Shown: positions 1 through 10,167 of the stretch, piece after piece
Layout: each line of letters opens with the position of its first letter
Numbering within the stretch: the first letter of the stretch is position 1
Assembly (NCBI GenBank): GCA_964187785.1
Contig: CAXLNC010001431.1
Location: forward strand, 498,934 to 560,000
Source of the DNA: Amphiscolops sp. MND2022
Taxonomy: Eukaryota
DNA length: 61,067 bases
Direction of reading: 5' to 3'
Program-made: the position numbers and the translations under genes
Notes under the pieces: model-generated
The model's input: the letters and a program-made list of their open reading frames with translations, nothing else
Databases searched by the model: none
What the model was told of the DNA's origin: nothing

Positions 1-413
1 GTCAGGAAACGTAAACAACAATACGTATGAATGCTGCATTTACATGTTTGAAAGATATATATTTAGAAAGAAATACGATATCAGGAACGACACACAGAAC
101 ATCTACATTTCACATGATAAAATACTTTTAATTCAACTGGGATAGTGCCTGGTATGGGGTTCCCTACTTTCGTTGGAGACCACGGGTCTGTGTCTTCTTC
201 CCCCCATCATGATGATACACATGGCACTTGATTGATGACGAAGACCCATGATATCTGATAGTAAAGAGTGAAAAAATAAAAAAATTCTCATTCAATGATT
301 TTTCTTCTTTCGAGAAAACTCCATTTCTCTAACAGCGCTTTTTTTCCAAGATTTTATGGTTGCATCTGACATCAGATTGTATATATTACAACTATACAAG
401 CTGTTGACTTGAA

Positions 414-2999
414 ATGTCCAGCTTTGCTGAAAATATATTGAATCGACTCCACGATCTGTATTTGAAAGGAATAGACTGTGATGTAATCCTCAGAGCTGCT
501 GATTACTCTGGAGAAGCTAGAGCAATCGATACTGGTTCATCGACGAGAGACTTAATATGGACCGAGCTGCATTGTCATAAGATCGTCTTGCGAGCTGCTA
601 GCTCGTTTTTTGACCGAATTTTTTCCCGCCCTATGACATCTGGAGAGCTATGTTTAGATGACGATGTGAAAGGCGTGATTGCGAGAACTCAAACTGGTGA
701 GAGCACCATGCTGAAAATCACTTTGAATGAAATAAGTTCACAGTCTTTGCAAAGTCTGGTGAACTTTGCGTACACGGGTATCGTTCAAATTGATACTAAC
801 TTGATGAAGAAAACTATTCAGGATCTGAAACTTTTGAATGTTCGTCACATTATTGACATACTGGAAATGCGTATTGAAGAAGAAATATCATTCGCCAATT
901 GTGTACCGAATCTCATCTTATCTTCTGGTCTGGAACGCGATGAAACTTACAGTAAAATTTTGTTATTCATATTGGAAGAGTTTCACCATGGACTCAGAGG
1001 TAAAGGTGAAAATAAGGTTTTCGATCATCATTTGCTTTTGACAAAGCCCGAAATGTTGGAATCGATCGAGAGGGACCTTCAACAGGAACTACAGACTCTG
1101 AGCATCTCTGAAGATAAGGCCTTGTTGAACATTTTGCTGAAGTTGTTGAAATCTGAATGCGTTTCCGAGGAAGAAGAATCAAAATTCACTACTTTTTTGG
1201 CTTCTAAGAAGCGAGAAAAGTGTCGTGTCCATCTGGAGCCTGTTGTAATGCATTGCTACTCAGATCGTGAAGATATATGTATGAAATGTCTCATCAAAGG
1301 TCATGTACGACACCATATTGAACCACTGGGTGTAGCAAAACACAATCAGTTAACACCTGCTTGGGAAAGAGTAGATCTGGAACTCGATGATCTTAAATCT
1401 AGCGCCAAAAGTCGCATCACCGAGTTGAAAGAGCTGGCTAAGATATTTGGCGATGAACAATCCCGGGATTTTGCAGTTCTCAGAAGCTGTGCGGAGATCA
1501 AACCGAGAATGGACACTCTTGCAAAAATGTTTGCATCGGGAGAACTTGATGCTGCTGACGACGACGTATTAGCTTTTGAAAGGTTTGTTGACTCCCTGCA
1601 AAAAGAGTGCAAACGAACTAAAAACGATTTCGACAGAGCAAAAAGAATTTCCGAAGAACTGCTCAGTATAATGGAGAAACGGTGTGCTAATTGTGCGTCA
1701 ATTGCAGACGCTGCGTTCGAGATTCAAACTCATGAAGACATGGATGACGTTGAAATAGAGCAACCTCTGGAGATCAAAAATTGCATTTCTATTCTAAAAC
1801 GTGCGAAATTTTTGGGCAATCAGGATTTGTATGATGGAGCTTTTGATTTTATTCTTCAAAATTTCTTGGAAGTTGTGAACGACAGTGGCGATAGTTTCTA
1901 TCGGCGAATTTCCCATTCTGTCCTTCAATGTTTTCTGAAGTCCGATAAATTGAACGTTGAAAGTGAAGATCAGGTGCTTTTGGTTGTTGAAAAGTGGTTG
2001 CAATTCGATTATGGATTGCGGAAGAAGTTGACCGTGCAGCTTTTATCGCATGTCAGATTCGGTGACATTTCCGAGGAAATTTTGCAGCAAATTAAAGCCA
2101 ATCCGCTTCACGTTGTGATGAGAAATGAAGATTCCAAAAAGCTGTTGAATAATGCCATAGCAGGTGCTGTCGAAAGTAATGCCAGAGAATCTCTGAACAA
2201 CAAAGTTCTTTGTTTTGGAAATAATAGTGAAAATTTAATACTTGATTGTGTCAAAGGCCCCTGGGAAGAATGGCAACGACAAAATAATGGAGAACTTTTC
2301 AGCACTGTGAAGGTAAAAAACAAGGTTTATATTATAGGCGGACTGAATAAAGAGAAATTGAACACGGTATCAATTTACAACCTGGAAACCAAAGTCTGGA
2401 CAAATGGTCCGAATATGCGCGAAGCTCGTTATCTATTTGGGACGTGTGTTAGCTCAACAAATGTCATCTACGTGATGGGTGGATACTTTCCACAGACTTC
2501 TACTGTTGAGATGTTGCAGTGTGATTGTAATGGAGACCCAATCGGAGGCTGGCAATCACTTCCACCAATGAATACTGCCAGGAGCTATTTCGAAGCTGCT
2601 TGTGTGGATGATAAAGTTTATGCCATTGGTGGCTATTCCAACATTGCAACGGTCGAAGTCTTTGATCCCAAAGTGAACTCTTGGAGATACTGCAAGTCAA
2701 TGGCACAAGGAAAAAGCCATCACACTGTTTCAACATATAAGGGAGAAATTTATGTTTTTGGTAGAAACGGATTCTGTGAAAAGTACAACCCTTCTACTGA
2801 TATTTGGACTCCTATTGCACAATTGCAAATGAATCCAAATGTCTATATACGAGGCTCTGTAGTTCTGAATGATAAAATTTACGTGATCGGTGGCGGTGGT
2901 TGTTCTGAAGTTGATATTTATGACACCAAGACCAACAGCTGGTCCAAGGGTCCTCAAATGCCGAAAGTGATTGGATATACTAAATGTGTGGCAGTTTAA
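414..2999 (+). CDS. Intronless Kelch-like protein, 861 aa: BTB - partial BACK - B-box zinc finger - coiled coil - BACK - six Kelch blades
   Basis: BTB signature CDVILRA...LHCHKIVLRAASSFF...SLQSLVNFAYTG. B-box-like CRVHLEPVVMHCYSDREDICMKCLIKGHVRHHI at 1221-1325. BACK (NCISILKRA...FDFILQNF...LNVESEDQVLLVVEKWLQFD). Kelch repeats with GG...W (VYIIGG, IYVMGG, VYAIGG, IYVIGG). Unbroken ORF. Confidence 0.93.
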   Translation: MSSFAENILNRLHDLYLKGIDCDVILRAADYSGEARAIDTGSSTRDLIWTELHCHKIVLRAASSFFDRIFSRPMTSGELCLDDDVKGVIARTQTGESTMLKITLNEISSQSLQSLVNFAYTGIVQIDTNLMKKTIQDLKLLNVRHIIDILEMRIEEEISFANCVPNLILSSGLERDETYSKILLFILEEFHHGLRGKGENKVFDHHLLLTKPEMLESIERDLQQELQTLSISEDKALLNILLKLLKSECVSEEEESKFTTFLASKKREKCRVHLEPVVMHCYSDREDICMKCLIKGHVRHHIEPLGVAKHNQLTPAWERVDLELDDLKSSAKSRITELKELAKIFGDEQSRDFAVLRSCAEIKPRMDTLAKMFASGELDAADDDVLAFERFVDSLQKECKRTKNDFDRAKRISEELLSIMEKRCANCASIADAAFEIQTHEDMDDVEIEQPLEIKNCISILKRAKFLGNQDLYDGAFDFILQNFLEVVNDSGDSFYRRISHSVLQCFLKSDKLNVESEDQVLLVVEKWLQFDYGLRKKLTVQLLSHVRFGDISEEILQQIKANPLHVVMRNEDSKKLLNNAIAGAVESNARESLNNKVLCFGNNSENLILDCVKGPWEEWQRQNNGELFSTVKVKNKVYIIGGLNKEKLNTVSIYNLETKVWTNGPNMREARYLFGTCVSSTNVIYVMGGYFPQTSTVEMLQCDCNGDPIGGWQSLPPMNTARSYFEAACVDDKVYAIGGYSNIATVEVFDPKVNSWRYCKSMAQGKSHHTVSTYKGEIYVFGRNGFCEKYNPSTDIWTPIAQLQMNPNVYIRGSVVLNDKIYVIGGGGCSEVDIYDTKTNSWSKGPQMPKVIGYTKCVAV

Positions 3000-3688
3000 T
3001 CTGTAAACCAAACCATTCATAAAAGGAATATCGCCTTCCTTCGATTCGATGTCAGTCACCGAAAGAGTTTTTCTTGAAATCTTATTTTCGTACCAAAGTT
3101 CTATTGTTTGGAAGAATTTTAGGAGGTATTTCATTTGCTGGGTTCTTTGGTTTGTTGCTCGGTTGCGCTCGAATTGTATCATAGCTTGCTTTCTATCAAT
3201 GATTTCTCAGACAACTCCTCTATTATTTTGGTGCTGTTCTCATTCAATTCCTTCTAACCAGATGTATTTTCCTACTTTCATTATAGTCATTTTCATGGGA
3301 ATCCATTTCTGTTCTATTAGAAGCCGACTAAATGATAGAAGCCTATTTCTACTTATTAAGTTCAATTCGAATCATGACAATTGCATAACAATGATATTCT
3401 GTAGTATTTTTCATATAAAAAATAAATTCTCATAACTTGGTTTTTTTTGGAAGTCAACTCGCGTGCTTAACGTTACTTTGAAATCAAACTAATATCACTA
3501 ATTGTTTCGGAAACTTATTTTGATTTTGCGTAACATCTTTTTTCTGTAGAAGCCGCTCTGGGTCTTTAAATTCATCTTTCAATTTCGCGAAAAATTGTGG
3601 TCAGTTCATTTCATTACAGTTGTTGTTGTTGTTTTTGTTGTAGTGGCTTTACAGCTAGGCTGAAGGGACTTCTCCCCGACGGTTATTA

Positions 3689-5893
3689 TCAGAATATCCT
3701 AGTTGTGTTTCGGCAGTTTTGACAGTCACAGTATATTTGGTAGGTGCACAATTGATCTTCAAGATAGAGCTCGTGAAAGTATTGCCACATGAAGTCCAGA
3801 ATTCTATTTTTGAGCCCCAAAGGTTCGAAGAATGCCACTCTCTCCGGAAGTTTGTTCGCAAGTCGACACGTCCTGAAACAGAACTCAGCGCGAGCTTTCT
3901 CAGTACGGGCAGTTTTTATATCAAACATCATTCTGCCCTTTTTAGACATTGTCGTTGTGATATTCAAATCAACCCCCAAGAAGCGCAATTCGTGAAAATA
4001 TTTTGAGAGGAATAGTAGGTTCTTTAGTTGGAAGAACATAGGCACTGGTAGAAGATTGCATTTTAAGAGAAGCTCTTTGTGAGTCGAATGATAGTCACGA
4101 CATACCCATTTGAGGACTCGTTTCTGGAAATTTTCAAGTAATTTTAAACTGGTTCTGGAAAGGCTGAAGCAGCAACAAGCAAATGACAGAATTGGCAGTA
4201 GCATAGATTTATACAAATTTAGTCTGACTCGTATTTGCGTAGCGGAGGTGTTCCTTTTCATAAAGAAGAAAACTGTGTTGGCTTTACGAATTTTGCTTTC
4301 AATATGGGTTGACCATGACAAATTACTAGTTACCATCAATCCAAGATCTTTGGCAGATGTAAGTCCCAGGAGAGGTAAGTTACTCAAATAGAATTGTTCT
4401 TCCGTTGTGCCTCGGAATGTAACTATAAAACATTTTAGGTCCTTGACAGCAAAAGACATCCTGTTTTCCACTCCCCATTTAGTAAGGTTATCAAGGTCTA
4501 ATTGAAAAATTTCTTTGTTGTTAATCACTATGCTTTTCAGGTCGTCGGCATACAAGAAAGGTTCACTATAGATTAAATATTTCGGTAGATCGTTGATAAA
4601 TATAAGAAACATTAACGGTCCAATAACAGACCCTTGCGGTACTCCACTTGTTATAAGAAGTTGATCAGAGCGTTCATTGCCACAACGGACAATTTGGTAT
4701 CGATCTGTCAAGTAATCTTTGAGAACCTCTAGTAGACATCCACCAATCCCTATTTTAGAAACCTTTTGAATTAACTCATAGTGAGGAACTTTGTCAAAAG
4801 CTTTTGCCATGTCTGCATAAAATGCAATGATGGATTTAGTTGTTGGGTCGTCATAGCTATTGTAAATTTTCTGTAAAAAAGAAAGCAAATTTGTTTCGAC
4901 AGACTTGTTCTTGTCAAAGCCATGTTGGGGAGAAGTTATTTGGTGAGAAAAACAGTCGTAGATAGGCGAGTACAGACACTTTTCGAAGATTTTCTCGAAA
5001 ATATCAAGTATTGCTACTGGTCGGTAATTTGACACATCTTTCTTGCTAGACTTTTTATGACTAGGTGAAATAGCGCTAATTTTCCACACTTTTGGTATTC
5101 TTTTCTGCCTTTTGATATTTCTGAAGATAAGATTGAATGCTTTGCTCAGAGGTGCAGCCAAGTTTTTGATGAACAAAGGCGGAATACCATCAGGGCCTCT
5201 AGATTTGGTCTCATCTAAATCGTCGATATATTTTCGGATAGTACTAACTGATGTATCGAAATTTGTTGTTATCGGGTCTTCGCAATATATATCACTTGGT
5301 GACTTGTTTTTCGGCAAATAAACAGATTGGAAGTAATTATTGAAAAGGTTTAACGTTTCTTTGACGCTGTTAGACTCTTGTCCGTTTAGAACAAATGTTG
5401 AAGGAAGAGCGGACTCTTTACTCATTCGTTTGAAATGTTTGAACATTAAATCAGTGTTTCTTGTTTCTGCAATTTTCGTTTGATAGTCAATTCTATCTTG
5501 TTCACTCGATTTCCAAAACTCGGTTTCCAGTGTTTTAATCTTTTGTTTGCGGTACGCAGTTGGCCTCAACTTCAGTAATTTCCTCTGTGTTTCAAGTTTT
5601 TTCAACAAGTGAGAGGTCTCCGGGGTGAACCAACTTGGTAACGTTTGTCTGTGAGTCGTTCGTCGGGGAACACATTTTTCAATAATATCATTGAGATAAA
5701 CATAGAATTCGTTTACCATGTTATCTATGTTCGAGTAACAAGTCGGTTCGAAAGGAGAATTTTCCATAATCTTTAAAATTTCATCATAATCAGCAGCATT
5801 GAAACTGTACGCAGTCTTTGTAGCAGTTTGTTGTGTATAGATGGGCAGTTCAATTTCTAGGGCAACAGGAGTATGGTTTGATATTTTGTACAA
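3689..5893 (-). pseudogene. LINE ORF2, reverse transcriptase portion
   Basis: KSRGPDGIP, NYRPVAIL, DMAKAFDKVPH, GVPQGSVIGPLMFLIFINDL, YADD, KDLG. Begins with the endonuclease C-terminal motif as SNH (normally SDH). Separated from the endonuclease ORF by frameshifts. Confidence 0.92.
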
Positions 5894-5982
5894 TTTTTCA
5901 ACAATATGATTTTCTTCGCATAGTATTGAGAGGTTTCTGTGTAAGGCAATATCTAGAGTGTTCTTCCCGCAAGTTGGAATAG

Positions 5983-6522
5983 TTACTGCTTGCTGTAGAC
6001 AGTGTTTGTCAAAAAGATCCAGGACCTCTCAAAATCATCTTCACTATGAAAAGTATTCCAATTTGTTTGGGGGAAGTTTATATCTCCACAAAAAAGTTTT
6101 TGGTTTTTCTGGAATCTCGTTGACAATGTTAGCATCAATTCGAAATCACTCACTGTGTATCGGTACACGCTTTCTTTAGGCGGACTGTAAAATGCACAGA
6201 TAATCAGCTTGTCGTTGTTGATAGTAACTTCGACTGCCACACAACACTGGGGTAAGTTGTGCTCAATTTTTGCGGAAGAAAGACTTTTGGATACAGCAAT
6301 AAGTGATCCACCATGAGTAGATGTGTTCTCTTCTCTAGAGGGACTATCAGCTCGATAAAGCTCATAAGTTTCAAGAAAAAGTTCTTTATCAGAGATATTT
6401 GAAAGAAGCCAGGTTTCACTAACACATGCAGCTAGAAAACCGCCTCCAATTACAGCAGTAGAAAATTTTCTTCGCCTATCTTCATTTATCAAGCTATTTG
6501 CATTTAGGACTAATATGTTCAT
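5983..6522 (-). pseudogene. LINE ORF2, apurinic-like endonuclease portion
   Basis: NANSL, SETWL, GGSLIAV, YSPP, GDINFP motifs. Frameshifts before joining the RT frame. Confidence 0.9.
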
Positions 6523-6531
6523 TGAACATAG

Positions 6532-7379
6532 TCACTTGGCGGTAGGAGTAATTTCAATTCTGATATCATCTTGGAAGAGTTCAAAATTTCTTATTTTGAG
6601 CGCACTCCTGGCGACTCCAGTTTCAATTGATTCTCGTCTCTTTTTCAAGCATGCATTTTCTTCGAACGCTTCCTCTCTCGTTAACGCTGGCAATATGTAG
6701 ATATTTTTGTTCATCAGTTCTGTTCGTTTTTCGATACTTTTGGCAAAAATTGTTCGTTTTTCCCATTCATTCGATACTTCAACCATTATTGTTCTGGGCT
6801 TTGATCTAGAATTGTCAAATTTTCCGAGTCTTTTCACATTAACTATTGGACTGGTGACTCCTAGTGTATTGAAAACATCTTTCAGTTTTTCATTTGTCAG
6901 TAGGATATTCTCTTTGGCTGGTTTATCAAAATCCTCAGGGATACCCTGAATTCGCAGACTTTTGTTGGTGTCGTGATCAACCTTTTTGGGGTTATGGTTT
7001 GGTATCTCAGCTTTTGGACCAGATGGTACTTTGCTCTCAATAACCTTTGTAAGAGATTTTTCAGACGAGTTCAATTTCATTTCCATCATCAGAGACATTT
7101 TTTCTCAATTTTTTCAAATTTCGCTTCAAGATCGGGAAATTGATACTTATCTTGAAGGTTTTGGGTGTTAATGGCCTCCAGGACTCGGTCACGCCTGTGG
7201 GTAGTCACACACTCGTCACAGAAAAGAACAACACTCACACCGAGCTCCTTGATTCCGTTAATAGCCACCGATGAAAGACCAGTACACACTTCAGTAAGGT
7301 GCATCTCCAGGCTGCATCCCACACAGTGAAAGCTGCCACCCTTGCCGATGCCCTTCTTGCAGGTTTTGCAATTGACCAT
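6532..7379 (-). pseudogene. LINE ORF1 (PHD finger, coiled coil, RRM-like part), split by a frameshift near 7090
   Basis: CKTC...FHCVGCSLEMHLTEVC...FCDEC is PHD-like. SLRIQGIPE...VKRLGKF...KPRTIMV...IYILPALTREE is typical of CR1-group ORF1. Confidence 0.8.
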
Positions 7380-8139
7380 TTCAAATATGAAACTATTTAA
7401 CAGTGAGTATTAAGTATAAATATACATTTCCCTGAATGTAGTTTGTAAATGTGACTAGCATTAGGTTGTTAAAACTCGCGTTTTCAGGGTTCGGACAATT
7501 CTGGAAATCATGGAATGAATTTCCATCAGGGAAATCAATGAAAATCATTGAAATTCAAGGTTCATCGTGGAATTTTTGAAACAAAATAGACAAAATGTCT
7601 AGTTAATAATGTCTGCAGGTACTAAAAGGATCACACAATGATATTTATTTGAGAAATATGGGCGTTGGGCCTCTGAAAAGCCATACCAATACTAAAATTC
7701 AACGTTTTGAACTAATTTGTAACGTGTTTTTTCAAGCAGATACTTGGTTCTAGAATCTCGGAATGTTTATTTTTAGATCATTAAAATCATAAAATTTGTT
7801 GATCAAAACTGAGTCTGAACCCTGCATTCTCTAACCACTGCAGTGTATGTGCCTTTTAGTCTATAGGGAACTAAGCCTCATTTTAGCAGTAGATTGCACT
7901 CCGCGATTGTTTCATACCCAACACGATGGCATAAAAATGGAGGCTACGGTCAATATCATTTGTCGACTGAAAAACTTACATAAAAAGATACACATTCAAT
8001 ATGTTCTCAATTTTTCTCGTCATCTCATCTTTAAGATAGTATCCGGAAAGGCGTCGACTTGAAAATACATAACTGTTTATTCGGCGTCCACACGCGGAAT
8101 TAGGAAATAATAATTGATTTTACACACAAAACGACAAAC

Positions 8140-9060
8140 AACTTACGAAAATAAAATTCAGCGGAAGAGACTTCCAGAGGCAAGAGCCAGTTTAATGGAA
8201 GCCTCAAAACAATTAACTAGAAACTGAGTCGCATACAAATCAGCTGTTTTTAGAATTGATAATGTCAGTTGTTCGAAACATTCATCCGATGTCAATGTTT
8301 CTCAATCGACCTTATTCAATTCGTTCACTAAGTCATAGACTCTTTCTTCAATGATTTCTCGAACATTACCCAAACGAAATGATCAGTGATAGTGCATTCA
8401 TAAACTCGACTGGATGATACTTTGAGATCAGAGTATATTTGATCAAGACACGTTTTTGAAACGCCTGGTTCTCTTTTAACATCGAGTGGACTACTTAAAT
8501 GTAGATTGAAGTTTTAAAGTATATCCATGAGATCCTGAGCGTATATACATTTTACGAGAAGGTCGACGTTAAAATCCATGAGAATTACATGAATGTTGGT
8601 TTTATTTAGGCGACTAAACGCTTCGAGAAGCCATTCACAATATGTCTTTTGAATACCGTTTTTCACAGCGATATGAAACCATTATGATGAAATTGGTGGG
8701 CGACACAACTTCAAGAAACTCACGGGTTGCGTCTTTGCGAACTCTGTATTTGAGTTTTTTGTCAGAAGCAGACCGACACCGCCTCTAGTTCCCCAACAAG
8801 AGATGAGATTGTGATATCCGGAAGCTTGAAAAGATTAGCCTGTTGGTCTTCCTCAAGCCAGGTTTCCGTGAAACCAATGATTGTAGGTTATAGCTTTTCC
8901 GACAACGAAAACGCCTCTAAATCCACAAAATGAGCTCTCAGTGAGCGTATGTTTACATTCTGAATAGATTCTACTCGATCATCGTTTCTCATCTACTGAT
9001 GAAACGGAAATAAACTGTCTTTCTGCGATACAAATTCTTTCGAATTGATTTTTTCTTCAC
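8140..9060 (-). mobile_element. Degenerate second CR1-like LINE remnant (endonuclease region)
   Basis: Manual minus-strand translation gives NIRSL, IIGFTETWLEED, RGGVG, DFNVDL, CLDQIY...ITDHF, with many stops and frameshifts. Confidence 0.7.
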
Positions 9061-9275
9061 AAAAACTTCAATATAAATGATGATATATAAAGAGTCATTC
9101 AGTATTACAATGGAAAGAATTTCGAGTTTTTATTAAAAGTTATCGATCGTGAAGTTTGACAGCTTCATTTTTTCCGTTCACGCGCTAACATACAATTTAG
9201 CGTATGTTAATTTTTGCGAATCAGAAAGAAACCTGAAGTGAGCTGAACAAATTTTAGAAAGACTTTTCAATTTTA

Positions 9276-9740
9276 AACAAGACGGGATTGTGTAAAATCG
9301 GCACTATCTAAGGCTCGAAAAGCGTAGTTTTTTTAAATATGCGTGGGACGTTTTCATGAAAAACTTCTGTTTTCGAACCTCCGCCTCCTCCTTACAAAAA
9401 CGCAGTATAGTTCGGATATAACGTCAAAAGTTCGGATATTATTATAATATAGCGCTCAACTGTGGATATAACAAGAGGGGACCTTCTAAGACAAAAAAAG
9501 TCTCAACGCCGAAACAAAAATTGAAAGGAGGGACACTTCAGTCTCGACCGGTTTTGTATGTTACGTTTATTGAGTAAAAATTGAAAGGAGGACCCTTTGC
9601 AATAACTTGGATGTGTTTCCCAGATATTCGTTTAGTTGAACAAACAACAAAAATTTCGTCGCTTCGAGACTCATAAAAAAGAAAAAAACTAGTAACTCTA
9701 ATAGTCGGGCTCTTCTATTATTGAAAGCGCCGACTAAAAA
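9276..9740 (-). mobile_element. HINE/DINE-like non-autonomous rolling-circle element
   Basis: 5' subterminal repeat AGCGCCGACT-AAAAA at 9726-9740 with inner partial inverted copy; 3'-end-like AACAAGACGGGA at 9276. Confidence 0.65.
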
Positions 9741-9910
9741 GGAGATTAATTTTGAAGTTACGTGAAATTTTTCATTGGAAACTCAATTGAGAGCAAATTA
9801 ATTGCTGAAACAATATCACCTTATTAAGTTTTAGTGTGTGGGGGAATGAAAAAGTTGCATTTGATGTTTTTCAGAATTTGCTGCATTCCGCAATGACCAC
9901 GTTTAGATGA

Positions 9911-10167
9911 ATGTCAGCACAATGGATACATTTTTCTCTCAGTTCATGTTCGACCCACCGTGAAGGGTACACGTTATACCATGTAACCGGATACAGACAG
10001 CAAATTGCATGCAACAGTCTGAAAAACATCAGCCCTGTGCAAAAGTTCACTTCGATGACTAGGTATCGCAAAATGTTGGAACTGCGAGAAGCGATTCTTT
10101 TGGAATGTGGTGAAGAATCCTTTATTACCGATCTCCCTGGTTTGAGGAAACCCACTGCTCTACGAAG
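9911..10167 (+). CDS. RPS6KC1: RPS6KC1-like exon 1 (PX domain, N-terminal part)
   Basis: MSAQWIHFSLSSCSTHREGYTLYHVTG...TRYRKMLELREAIL...LPGLRKPTALR. Ends AG|GT, phase 2. Confidence 0.8.

Larger units (their letters stand above)
3619..7500 (-). mobile_element. Near full-length CR1/L2-group LINE (PHD-ORF1, APE endonuclease, RT), frameshifted; 5' boundary approximate
   Basis: ORF1 PHD (7089-7379) and C-terminal part (6532-7098), endonuclease (5983-6522) and RT (3689-5893) are collinear on the minus strand. (CAA)n-type 3' tail at 3619-3640. Confidence 0.9.

Noticed and set aside
838-3435. Overlapping and antisense ORFs around the Kelch gene (838, 994, 1346, 1794, 2108, 2500, 2730, 3049)
   Set aside because: Shadow frames of a long coding sequence or AT-rich 3' UTR, with no independent signals.
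8995-9015. Hammerhead-like CTGATGA-AACG-GAAA
   Set aside because: No stem II or flanking stems, and it lies within a LINE remnant.
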